This document shows positions 51,801 through 61,559 of a stretch of DNA of 64,000 bases, piece after piece. This stretch comes from an uncultured Gammaproteobacteria bacterium. GTDB lineage: Bacteria > Pseudomonadota > Gammaproteobacteria > CAWCPV01. The translations under genes and the position numbers were made by a program. Every line of letters begins with the position of its first letter. Within the stretch, counting starts at the first letter, position 1. The notes under the pieces are model-generated. The model was not told the origin of the DNA. It worked only from the letters and a program-made list of their open reading frames with translations, and did no database searches. The stretch spans positions 1-64,000 of the forward strand of contig CAWCPV010000007.1 in the NCBI GenBank assembly GCA_963797555.1, in the 5' to 3' direction.

Positions 51801-53651
51801 TGCTCACGCTGGAGCTCCACAACCTGAGCGGGCGCGACCAGAGCCTCGCGGTCGCCCTGTCTGCCGCCGCGCCGCTGGTGCTCTCGGCTGCGCCCCAGAA
51901 CGTGGCCTTGCGCGACCAGCAGAAGACAGTGCTGTCCTTCCCGTTGGAGGGCGGCGAGGGCTTCGGCGTCGGGACCGTGCGGCTGTCGGTCAAGGGCCAG
52001 GGGGTCGGCGTCGAGCGGAGCTGGGAGCTCGGCGTGCGGCCCGCCTATCCCGGCGAGCGGCGCGTGGTCCACGGAAAGATTGAGCCTGGCGGGACTCTCG
52101 AGGTGGACCCCGCCCTCGTGGACGGTCTGATGGCGAGCACGGTGGACGCGAGCGTGCTGGTCTCCAGCACGCCGCCCCTCAACCTGCGCTCGGCCTTGAA
52201 GTATCTGCTCAGGTACCCCTATGGCTGCCTGGAGCAGACGACCAGCAGCGCCTTCCCGCTGCTGTATGTGGATGCCGAGACCGCCCAGCGCCTGGGGGTG
52301 CAGCCGCTGTCGGTGGAGGAGCGCCGCAAGCGCGTGGAGGTGGCCTTCGCCCGTCTGGCCAGCATGCAGCTCGCCAACGGCGGGTTCGGTCTGTGGAGCA
52401 GCGAGAGCCCCGAGGAGACTTGGCTCAGCGCGTATGCCGCGGACTTCCTGCTGGAGGCCCGCGACCAGGGCTTCGACGCCCCTCAGGATTCTGCTGAGGC
52501 GTGCCCTGGACCGTCTGTACCAGCGCCTGCAGTCCCCCGAGCGCCTCTCGGTGCGGGTCAGCGACCAGGGTGACCCGCAGTCGGATTTCGCCGCCAAGGC
52601 GTATGCGGCCTACGTGCTGGCGAGGGTCAACCGGGCGCCGTTGGGGACCTTGCGTACGCTGTACGACCAGCGGCTGAAAGACGCGGGGTCCGCGCTGTCG
52701 CTGGCCCAGCTCGGCGTGGCGCTGACCCTGGCGGGCGACGCTCGGCGCGGGCTGGATGCCGTCCAGCGGGCGCTGCAAGCCCGGCGTGGCGACCGCTACC
52801 TGGATGACTACGGGAGCGACGTGCGCGATACCGCCGCGATCATCCGCCTGCTGAGCCAGTATCGGCTCGACGTGCCCCACGCAGACGACCTGGTGTACAG
52901 GCTGCGCTCCGACTTGGCCAGCCGGCGTTGGCTCAGTACCCAGGAGCAGAATGCCCTGTTCCTGGCCGGGGCGGCCCTCGGGCGCAATGCCGGGCGGGCG
53001 TGGGAGGCCGAGCTGCGCGTGGGCACGGGGCGAGAGGCGCTGAGCGTTCCGGCGACCCTGTCGCGCATGTTCGATGCCGAGCAAGTGGTATCCGGTGTCC
53101 AGCTCGCCTCGCAAGCCGCCTTCCCGCTGTTTTCGGAGGTGGAGGTAACCGGTTATCCGACCAAGCCGCCGAAGGCGGTGCTCGTGCCGGTGCGGGTGGA
53201 GCGAACGCTCTACACCCTGGACGGCGAGGCCGTGCCGGAGCGGCCTCTGACGGCCGGGGAGATGCTGCTGGTCCATATCGCCGTCGTTTCGGAGCAAGAC
53301 ATCGAGCATGCCCTGCTGGTGGACCTGGTGCCGGCCGGCCTCGAGGTCGAGAACCAGAACCTGGCCCACTCCGAGAGCCTGGCGGACTTGGTCGTCGACG
53401 GAGTCAAGGTGGTGGCGAGCATGGGCAACGAGGACATCAAGCACGTCGAGTACCGGGACGACCGCTTCGTGGCCGCGCTGCGCCTGTCGGCCCACAGCGA
53501 GCTGCACCTGTACTATCTGGTGCGGGCGGTAACCCCGGGGACCTATCTGGTGCCGCCCGTCGCGTTCGATGACATGTACAACCCCGAGGTCCGGGCCGTC
53601 GGCATCGCGCCGCCCGCCCTCACCGTGACCAGCCCGTCCGCGGCTCCATGA
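48817..53651 (+). CDS. yfhM: Bacterial alpha-2-macroglobulin (YfhM-like), frameshifts near 48970 and 52485
   Basis: RDIYRPGETV, TLAAVDVG.L, FGGD, PDFNGRLRLMAV, thioester YPYGCLEQ, WLSTQE, EYRDDRF, RAVTPG; upstream of pbpC. Confidence 0.9.
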
Positions 53652-53678
53652 CGGAATCGGCCGCGGCGGGAGGCGTGA

Positions 53679-53894
53679 GAGCTTGTGAATAAACCGGCTG
53701 CGCGTCCCGATAGCCGCGCTGCCCGGTGTTCATGGCGTACCTCCCTGTACGCCACCCCTTCGGGGCGTCCTGCGGACGTGCCGAATGGCTGTCCTGCCAT
53801 TCGGTCGCTCCTCGCCTATCTACTGGATATGTCTCGTCGCTGCGCTCCGCACGCCCTGCTCTCGGGCCGCTCGCGACGATTTCTTCACAGGCTC
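53679..53894. repeat. MITE copy with TGA duplication, carrying a nested REP-like insert
   Basis: TGA|GAGCTTGTGAATAAA...TTCACAGGCTC|TGA; interior is the reverse complement of the 40418 copy plus ~70 bp extra. Confidence 0.8.
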
Positions 53895-53897
53895 TGA

Positions 53898-53942
53898 GGG
53901 CTTGTGAATAAACCCGCTGTGCGACGATTGCTTCACAAGCTC
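53898..53942. repeat. Internally deleted 45-bp MITE, in tandem with the previous copy
   Basis: TGA|GGGCTTGTGAATAAA...TTCACAAGCTC|TGA. Confidence 0.75.
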
Positions 53943-53964
53943 TGAGGGCGGGGGAGGCTGCGCC

Positions 53965-56298
53965 TTGACCCTGCGGCGTCCGGTGGGCAAGGCGTTGCGC
54001 ATCGCCGCGTTCGTCGCGGTGTGCGTCCTGGCCTTGGACCGACTGTTCCCCTTGCCCCTGACTCCCGACCCGGCGCGCTTCAGCACCCTGGTAGTGGCCG
54101 ACGACGGTACGCCCCTGCGGGCGTTCGCGGACGATCGGGGGGTCTGGCGCTATCCGGTGACGCCCGAGCAGGTGTCGCCCCTCTACCTGCAGGCGCTCAT
54201 CAACTACGAGGATCGCTGGTTCTTCTACCACCCCGGGGTGAATCCTTTGGCCTTGGTACGGGCCGCTTGGCAGTGGGTGGCGCAGGGGCGGGTGGTGTCC
54301 GGGGGGTCGACCCTGGCCATGCAGGTGGCGAGCCTGATCGATCCCCACGAGCGCACGGTGGCGGGCAAGCTCAAGCAATGCCTGCGCGCGCTCCAGATCG
54401 AGTGGCACCTCAGCAAGGAGCAGATTCTCGCCCTCTACCTCAATCTGGCGCCGTTCGGGGGGCCGTTGGAGGGCGTGCAGGCGGCAAGCTTCGCCTATCT
54501 GGGTAAGCCGGCTCGCACCCTGAGCCACGCCGAGGCTGCGCTGCTTGCGGTGCTCCCCCAGGCACCGAGCCGGCTACGCCCGGATCGCCATCCGGCGGCC
54601 GCCGAGGAGGCCCGCAACAAGGTACTCCAGCGGCTCGCGGAACACCGCGTGTGGAGCCGGGAGACGGTGCAGGAGGCCGAGATCGAGCCTGTGGCGCAAG
54701 AGTTCCACGCGCAGCCGCTGACCGCCCCGCTCCTCGCCAGGCGCCTCAAGCCCAAGCTGTCCCCGGCGCGTCCCTTCTCCACCACGATCGACGCCGAGAC
54801 GCAGAGGCGCTTGGAGGACCAGCTCGGCCTGTTCACCGCCGACCTCCCGGAGAAGACCTCGGTGGCCATCCTGGTGGTGGAGAACGCGGGGCTTCAGGTG
54901 CGTGCCTACATCGGCTCGGTGGACTTCCGCGACGGCCGCCGCTTCGGGCACGTCGACATGGTGCGGGCCAGGCGCTCGCCAGGCTCCACCCTCAAGCCTT
55001 TCCTGTACGGCTTCGCTCTGGAGGAAGGGCTGGTCCACTCGGAAAGCCTGCTGGTGGATGCACCCCAGTCCTTCGACGGCTACCGCCCCGAGAACTTCGG
55101 TCAGGACTTCTCGGGACCGGTCAGCGTCCGGGAAGCGCTCCAGCGCTCTCTGAATGTGCCGGCCGTCGATCTGCTGGAGCGAATCGAACCCGCCGTGTTC
55201 GTGGCGCGGCTGCGCAACGGCGGGCTGCCCCTGTACCTTCCGCGGGGGGCTGAGCCGAACCTGTCCATCGTCCTGGGCGGTGCGGCGGCCCGGCTGGAGG
55301 ACCTGGTGGCGGCCTATGCATGCCTCGCCAGGCGTGGTCTGTCGGGCAGGCTGCGGTTTACCGGGGATCAGCCCCTGGAGGAGCGTCGCATGCTCTCGGA
55401 GGGAGCGGCCTGGATCGTTCGGGACATCCTGGAAGGCATCCCGCCGCCGGGCCCGGCCTCCGAGGCCGGCAGTGTCGAGCGGCGGCACGTAGCCTGGAAG
55501 ACCGGGACCAGCTATGGCTTCCGTGACGCCTGGGCCATCGGCGTCACGGATGACTACACGGTGGGTGTCTGGGTGGGACGGCCCGACGGCACACCGATGC
55601 CCGGCCAATACGGGGCGATCACCGCTGCGCCGATCCTGTTTCACGTCGTCGACACCCTCCCGGCGCGCCGCGGAGCGAGGACGGCGCGGCCGTCTTCCGT
55701 GCAGCGGGTGCAGGTGTGCTGGCCGCTGGGCATAGCGCCGCGTTCGCCCGAAGATCCGCTGTGCCACGAGCAGCGCACGGCCTGGGCCTTGAACGGGATG
55801 GTGCCGCCCACGCTTCCCGACCGTGCTCAGCAGGGCGACCAGGGTTTGCTCGCGCGCGTGTGGGTGAACCACGCCACGGGGCTCCAGGTCCCCCTGGGCT
55901 GCCCGGTGGGCACTCGGGAGGTGCGGGAGGTCGCGCGCTGGCCGCTCGCCTTGGAGCCGTGGCTGCCCAGCGACATCCTCGCGAAGGCGCGCCTGCCGGA
56001 ACTGGACCCCCGTTGCCGGGTGCCCATCTCCGCGGCGGCCGGCAACGTCAGGATCCGCGGTCTGGAGAGCGTCAGCACGCTGCGCCGGGCGGGCGCAGAC
56101 GGGCCGCCGCCCGCGATCACGCTGACCGCCGTGGGGGGGCAGGGAGATCTCTATTGGCTCGTCAACGGCAAACTGCGCCACCGCACGGCCCCTGACCAGT
56201 CCCTGAGGCTCAGCTTCGCGGAGCCGGGAAGCTACCAGATCACCGCCATGGACCGCACAGGACGGTACGACAGGGTCGACGTGAGGGTGATGCCCTGA
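53965..56298 (+). CDS. pbpC: Penicillin-binding protein 1C
   Basis: YEDRWF..HPGVNP, SGGSTLAMQVA, SPGSTLKPF, SLN, AWKTGTSYGFRDAW, C-terminal biotin-carrier-like domain. Confidence 0.92.
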   Translation: MTLRRPVGKALRIAAFVAVCVLALDRLFPLPLTPDPARFSTLVVADDGTPLRAFADDRGVWRYPVTPEQVSPLYLQALINYEDRWFFYHPGVNPLALVRAAWQWVAQGRVVSGGSTLAMQVASLIDPHERTVAGKLKQCLRALQIEWHLSKEQILALYLNLAPFGGPLEGVQAASFAYLGKPARTLSHAEAALLAVLPQAPSRLRPDRHPAAAEEARNKVLQRLAEHRVWSRETVQEAEIEPVAQEFHAQPLTAPLLARRLKPKLSPARPFSTTIDAETQRRLEDQLGLFTADLPEKTSVAILVVENAGLQVRAYIGSVDFRDGRRFGHVDMVRARRSPGSTLKPFLYGFALEEGLVHSESLLVDAPQSFDGYRPENFGQDFSGPVSVREALQRSLNVPAVDLLERIEPAVFVARLRNGGLPLYLPRGAEPNLSIVLGGAAARLEDLVAAYACLARRGLSGRLRFTGDQPLEERRMLSEGAAWIVRDILEGIPPPGPASEAGSVERRHVAWKTGTSYGFRDAWAIGVTDDYTVGVWVGRPDGTPMPGQYGAITAAPILFHVVDTLPARRGARTARPSSVQRVQVCWPLGIAPRSPEDPLCHEQRTAWALNGMVPPTLPDRAQQGDQGLLARVWVNHATGLQVPLGCPVGTREVREVARWPLALEPWLPSDILAKARLPELDPRCRVPISAAAGNVRIRGLESVSTLRRAGADGPPPAITLTAVGGQGDLYWLVNGKLRHRTAPDQSLRLSFAEPGSYQITAMDRTGRYDRVDVRVMP

Positions 56299-56629
56299 GG
56301 GGTTGCGGGTCTGCTGCCTGCTGCCCGCGAGTGTGGGCATCTCGCAGAGCCTGTCGCTGGGGCGTTCCGCCCCATACCCTTTCGCGGGCTCTGGGTCCGT
56401 GGGCGAGCCTGTGGGCCGCCCGATCGAGGCAAGCGGTGCACCGGGAGGGCGGGCTGCGCGTTGAATATGTACGCCGTGACCCTTGCATACTGCGCTCGCG
56501 CTCGCTATGTTTATGCATGGCACTTCGGTGCCGAGGGAGGCTGAGACGCTAGACGGCAGCGGGCGGGCTGCGTCGTCACCTCAAGTCCGGCGAACTCGCG
56601 GTAGGGTGCTCTGGGGGGCGCGATCGGCG

Positions 56630-58126
56630 ATGACTAGGACTGCGGCACTTGCGCTGTCAGGGGGAATCCTGTTTCTCGTGTGCGTTGGAGCTGCCTACCC
56701 AGGCGCTGCGAGCGTCAGCAGAAACGACCCGTTCCCGACTCCGTCCGAGCTTACCGACGCCGTGCATTTCTGGCGCCAAGTCTTCGGCGTGTGGCGGCGC
56801 AACCAGGTAGCTTTGCACGACGACACCCATCTCAGCCTCGTGTACGAGGTCACGGAAATTCCCAGCGCCGCCGGCGACGGATGGAGTTCGGAACAGAAAG
56901 ACTACGTCCGGCAACGCAAGAGGCTCTTGGAGCAGCAACTGGCAGAGCTGGAGGCCGCCGTCAAGGCTGGCGCAGCGCTGCGGCCCAGCCAGATGCGTCT
57001 GTTGGGCGTGATCACCGGAGCGGCCGGAAAGGCGGCGCTTTACGGAGCGAGCCAGCGGGTGCGCAGTCAGCGGGGTATGCGAGAGCGGTTCCTGCGCGGT
57101 CTCGAGATCAGCGGTCGGTACGATGCCTTGATGCGCGGCGTATTCCGGCAGGCAGGATTGCCCGAGGATCTCGCCTATCTGCCGCACGTGGAGTCTTCGT
57201 TCGTGAGCCACGCCCGCTCGTCGGCCGGGGCGGTGGGGATATGGCAGTTCATGCCGTCCGCGGGTCGGCGCTTCCTGCGCATCAACAACGCGGTGGACGA
57301 ACGCTACGACCCGGTCCTCGCTGCGCGCGGTGCCGCGCGATACCTGGCGCGTGCGTACGAGGAGCTGGGAACTTGGCCGCTCGCAATCACCTCGTACAAT
57401 CACGGGATAGGCGGCATGGTGCGCGCCAAGGAGCGTTTCGGGCCGGATTTCGGCCGCATCGTGCGGGATTACGACGGCCCTGCGTTCGGCTTTTCCTCCC
57501 GGAACTTCTACGCGGAGTTTCTGGCGGTGCGATCGCTCATCGCCGAGGCCGACACCCGCTTCCCTGGGGTGCATCCGGACCCACCGCTGGAGCAACAACG
57601 ACTTCGCTTGACGCGCGCGCTGCCTTCGCACCGGCTGGCCGCGCTGTGCGGCGTCGCGCGGGGTGAGCTGGCCGATCGGAATCCCGCCTGGACGGCCAAG
57701 GCAGTGAGTGGCCGCGTCCCTCTGCCGGCCGGAACCGAGGTCTGGATACCGAAGGATCGGGTCGGCCCCTCGCAAGATCTGCTCGCCTACGCGCAGCCGG
57801 TGGGACACTTGACCGGTGTTGCATCACGGCCGCCGGGCCCTGGGCCGCAGACTGCGGAGGAGGTGGCCATGACCGATGGCGAGGAGGTCTCGCCTGCCGT
57901 GGAGGAGCGCTCGGCCGGGGCGACCGATGGGTTCGTGCGGGTGAGCCTGAGGCACCATGTCGCGCGGAAGCATTCGCTGGCGAGGAGATCTACCAAGGGC
58001 GTCAGAGCCAAGGCGGCGACACGGCGGAAGAGATCCCCGCACGGTTTGCACAAGCATCAGCCGGTTCGTCGGATCGCGGCCCGACCCGCTGTCCGCGCGT
58101 CTGCCTCGTTGGCATGGGACGAATAA
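56630..58126 (+). CDS. Lytic transglycosylase (SLT/MltD-like)
   Basis: LP.DLAYLPHVESSF...ARS.AGA.GIWQFM, VDERYDP, WPLAITSYNHG, NFYAEFLA. Confidence 0.85.
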   Translation: MTRTAALALSGGILFLVCVGAAYPGAASVSRNDPFPTPSELTDAVHFWRQVFGVWRRNQVALHDDTHLSLVYEVTEIPSAAGDGWSSEQKDYVRQRKRLLEQQLAELEAAVKAGAALRPSQMRLLGVITGAAGKAALYGASQRVRSQRGMRERFLRGLEISGRYDALMRGVFRQAGLPEDLAYLPHVESSFVSHARSSAGAVGIWQFMPSAGRRFLRINNAVDERYDPVLAARGAARYLARAYEELGTWPLAITSYNHGIGGMVRAKERFGPDFGRIVRDYDGPAFGFSSRNFYAEFLAVRSLIAEADTRFPGVHPDPPLEQQRLRLTRALPSHRLAALCGVARGELADRNPAWTAKAVSGRVPLPAGTEVWIPKDRVGPSQDLLAYAQPVGHLTGVASRPPGPGPQTAEEVAMTDGEEVSPAVEERSAGATDGFVRVSLRHHVARKHSLARRSTKGVRAKAATRRKRSPHGLHKHQPVRRIAARPAVRASASLAWDE

Positions 58127-58139
58127 TACCGAGCGCTGA

Positions 58140-58249
58140 GAGCTTGTGAATTTTTTCGGCGTAAAGGCCCAAGGCGAGGGTGACAAAGCAGTACAATCAA
58201 TGGCTCGTAGAAACACCTGCGGCCGTAACCTGCATTTTTTCGCAAGCTC
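58140..58249. repeat. MITE-like element with the same ends but a different interior
   Basis: TGA|GAGCTTGTGAA...TTCGCAAGCTC|TGA. Confidence 0.65.
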
Positions 58250-58469
58250 TGAGGACTCCGACTCGATGATCGAGCGGTCGCGAGCAGCACGGAGTGGCGG
58301 TATGTTGTACAAGGTTGGTGGTCCTCTCTCCAGGAGAGGGTGTGGCTGCGGATGCCGGGCATCGATCCGGTGCGCCTTGAGCATCCCTGTGCGAATGCTT
58401 TCCCCTGGATTGGAGGGGGCCCCTTGACGGTTTGATTAGAACGCACCGGGTCGAGCCCTGACGTTAGCT

Positions 58470-61400
58470 GTGATGCGCCATGTCTGGCGGTCGCTGTTGC
58501 AGAGCTTGAGCATTGGCGGGCTCGCTCTGGCGGTGGTGGCGGGTGCGCTGGTCCTCACGTGGGAATTGCGTACCTGCAACTGGCAGGCGCATTATCTTTC
58601 CCAGCTCGGAAACCAGCTTCGCTTCCAACTCCAGCCTGGACCGAGCGCATCCATCCGTTTCCCGAGCGCCGGGCCTTACGATGTTCGGCTCGGCTACGTG
58701 AGGCTGCCGGAGTTCATCCGGCGTCTGCGCGCCCAGGGCTTCGAGATCACCGCTCAGGCACGCTTCTCGCCCATGCTGACCCGCCTCACCGACCTCGGCC
58801 TGTTCACCATCTACCACGAGAAGACCCAGGCCGGTTTGGAGATCTTGGGTCGCGACAACGAAGTTCTGTTCTCGACCGTCGAGCCGGCTCGCGTCTATCG
58901 CGACTTCAGAGCCATCCCGCCGTTGGTGGTGCGGACGCTGCTGTTCATCGAGAATCGTGAGTTGCTCGACGATCGCTATCCTGAACGGAATCCGGCAGTG
59001 GAGTGGGACCGCTTCGGTCGTGCAGTGTTCGAAGAGGTGGCTCACCGCTTGGGCTCCGGCAACCACGTCCCTGGCGGGAGCACGCTCGCGACGCAGTTGG
59101 AGAAGTACCGGCATTCGCCGGAAGGGCGCACTGGCTCGGTCTTCGAGAAGCTGCGGCAGATGGCCAGCGCAGCCGTGCGTGCCTACCTGGACGGTCCGAA
59201 TACCGCGGACACGCGACGCGACATCGCGGTGGCCTATCTAAACTCCATGCCGTTGTCGGCGGTGCCCGGCTATGGCGAGGTCAACGGTCTGGGCGATGGG
59301 TTGCGGATCTGGTACGGGGCCGATTTCCATGCGGTCAACCGCCTCCTCACGTCGCTCACGGCGGACTCGACGGTTCCGGGAGCCCCCGTCAGCCGAGCGC
59401 AGGCCGCCGCCTACCGCGAGGCGCTCACTCTGATGCTGGCGCAGCGGCGCCCGGCCTACTATCTGCGTAAAGGCCGGGAGGATCTGCAGTCGCTCGCCGA
59501 CAGCTACCTGCGCGCTTTGGCTAGCTCCGGGGTCATCACGTCGGCGCTGTGTGACGCCGCGCTGCGCTCCCCCGTCACTGTGCGCACAGACCCGGTCTCG
59601 GAGCCGTCCTACCCGTACGCCACGCATAAGGCGGAAAGCGTCCTTCGCGCGCGTCTCGCAGGTGCACTGGGCGAGGCCCGGCTGTACGACCTGGATCGCC
59701 TCGACCTGACCGTCAAGAGCACCCTCGATCAGCCGACCCAGCGCGCCATCAGCGAGACTCTGCGCAAACTCAACGACCGCGCCTATGTGCGGGCCTCGGG
59801 TCTGGTCGGCTTGCGTCTCCTGGGAGAGCGGGACGACCTGAGCCGCATCATCTACAGTTTCACCCTTTATGAGCGCGGGGCCACGGGTAATCTGCTGCGC
59901 GTCCAGACCGACAACTACGACCAGCCCCTGGACGTGAACGAGGGGATACGACTCGACCTGGGATCCACCGCCAAGCTGCGCACCCTCGTGCACTACCTGC
60001 AGATCATGGCGGATTTGTATCAGCAATATCGGGGCCAGCCGCCGCAGGCGCTCAAGAAGCTCGACATCCACCACCGCGATCATCTGTCGCGCTGGGTCGT
60101 CGACCAACTCCAGGCCAAACCCGCCATGAGCTTGCGCGAACTCCTCGACGCGGCCCTGCAACGGCGCTATTCCGCCAGCCCCGGGGAAGCGTTCTTCACG
60201 GGCGGCGGTATCCACACCTTCGTCAATTTCGATAAAGCGGACAACCACAGGATTCTGTCCGTGCGCGACGCATTGCAGAACTCGGTCAACCTGGTCTTCA
60301 TCCGGCTGATGCGTGACATCGTCTATCACTATCTGTACAAGCCGGGGGCCATCGGCCGGGAGCTGGCAAGCGGCGGCGACCCACTACGCCGGCAATATCT
60401 GGAGCGTTTCGCGGATGAGGAGGGAAAGGTGTTCCTGCGGCGCTTCTATGCGAAGTATCGCGGCAAGACGCCGGAGGAGATGCTGGCCCTACTGGTCCAA
60501 GGCGTGCACGTGACTCCGTGGCGCCTGGCCACTATCTACCGGTCGCTCTATCCGCAGAGCGATGCCGGGGCACTGTCGGCTTACCTCCGTTCTCAGCGGG
60601 AGACCGCGAAGCTGTCCGACGAGGACATCGAGGAGCTGTACCGTAAGTACTCCCCGCAACGCTTCAACCTGCAGGACCGAGGATATCTGGCCCACATTCA
60701 CCCTTTGGAGCTGTGGCTCGTCGGCTATCTGATCAGGCACCCGCGGGCCGGCCTATCGGAGGCCGTTGCGGCTAGCGGCAGGGAACGCCAGGAAGTTTAC
60801 GCGTGGCTGTTCAAGACGCGGAGGAGGTGGGCCCAAGACAAGCGCATCCAGTCGCTGCTCGAGGTCCAAGCCTTCGCCGATATCCACGCCGCTTGGAAAC
60901 GCCTGGGCTACCCTTTCGAGAGCCTGACTCCTTCTTACGCCTGCGCGATCGGAGCCTCGGGCGACCGCCCTGCGGCCTTGGCCGAGCTCATCGGCATCCT
61001 GCTCAACGACGGCATACGCAACCCCATGGTCCGTTTCGAGAGTGCCCACTTCGCTGCGGGAACTCCATACGAGACCTTGGTAGGGCGGGGGCCGGCACAC
61101 GGTGAACGGGTGCTCCCGACCGAGGTGGCCACGGCGGCCCGCAGCGTACTCGCCCAGGTGGTGGACCATGGTACCGCGGTTCGGCTCAAGGGCGCCTACA
61201 AGAGTCCAGACGGGAAACTGCTCATGGTGGGCGGCAAGACCGGAACAGGGGATCAGCGCCGTGAGATTTTCGGCCCGCGCGGACGCGTGATCGAAACCAA
61301 GGTCTTGAACCGCACCGCCACTTTTGCCTTCATGCTGGGGGAGCGGTTCTTCGGGACGCTCACCGCTTACGTGGGCGGCGCTCCGGCTGCACATTACCAT

Positions 61401-61559
61401 TTCACGAGTGCCCTGCCCGTCCAGGTGCTCAAGTCCATGGAGCCGACCCTGGCGCCGGTGCTCGCGAGAGCCGGCCCCGAGGAGAGCAAGCCGGGCGAGC
61501 GGACCTCCCTGGCCAGGGCAACGCCCCGGGGCGGACGCGTCGTGGCCGAGGCCCACTAA
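58470..61559 (+). CDS. Atypical large class A PBP-like protein (divergent GT51 + transpeptidase-like)
   Basis: N-terminal TM; LLFIENREL and GGSTLATQ.EK (GT51-like); GSTAK (SxxK), SVN (SxN) and GGKTGTG (KTG) with long insertions. Confidence 0.7.
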   Translation: MMRHVWRSLLQSLSIGGLALAVVAGALVLTWELRTCNWQAHYLSQLGNQLRFQLQPGPSASIRFPSAGPYDVRLGYVRLPEFIRRLRAQGFEITAQARFSPMLTRLTDLGLFTIYHEKTQAGLEILGRDNEVLFSTVEPARVYRDFRAIPPLVVRTLLFIENRELLDDRYPERNPAVEWDRFGRAVFEEVAHRLGSGNHVPGGSTLATQLEKYRHSPEGRTGSVFEKLRQMASAAVRAYLDGPNTADTRRDIAVAYLNSMPLSAVPGYGEVNGLGDGLRIWYGADFHAVNRLLTSLTADSTVPGAPVSRAQAAAYREALTLMLAQRRPAYYLRKGREDLQSLADSYLRALASSGVITSALCDAALRSPVTVRTDPVSEPSYPYATHKAESVLRARLAGALGEARLYDLDRLDLTVKSTLDQPTQRAISETLRKLNDRAYVRASGLVGLRLLGERDDLSRIIYSFTLYERGATGNLLRVQTDNYDQPLDVNEGIRLDLGSTAKLRTLVHYLQIMADLYQQYRGQPPQALKKLDIHHRDHLSRWVVDQLQAKPAMSLRELLDAALQRRYSASPGEAFFTGGGIHTFVNFDKADNHRILSVRDALQNSVNLVFIRLMRDIVYHYLYKPGAIGRELASGGDPLRRQYLERFADEEGKVFLRRFYAKYRGKTPEEMLALLVQGVHVTPWRLATIYRSLYPQSDAGALSAYLRSQRETAKLSDEDIEELYRKYSPQRFNLQDRGYLAHIHPLELWLVGYLIRHPRAGLSEAVAASGRERQEVYAWLFKTRRRWAQDKRIQSLLEVQAFADIHAAWKRLGYPFESLTPSYACAIGASGDRPAALAELIGILLNDGIRNPMVRFESAHFAAGTPYETLVGRGPAHGERVLPTEVATAARSVLAQVVDHGTAVRLKGAYKSPDGKLLMVGGKTGTGDQRREIFGPRGRVIETKVLNRTATFAFMLGERFFGTLTAYVGGAPAAHYHFTSALPVQVLKSMEPTLAPVLARAGPEESKPGERTSLARATPRGGRVVAEAH

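Noticed and set aside
48935-52597. Very long antisense ORFs (also 78-1895, 7157-9415, 9962-11602, 19093-21060, 54574-56523)
   Set aside because: Shadow ORFs opposite well-supported genes in GC-rich DNA, with no motifs or RBS.
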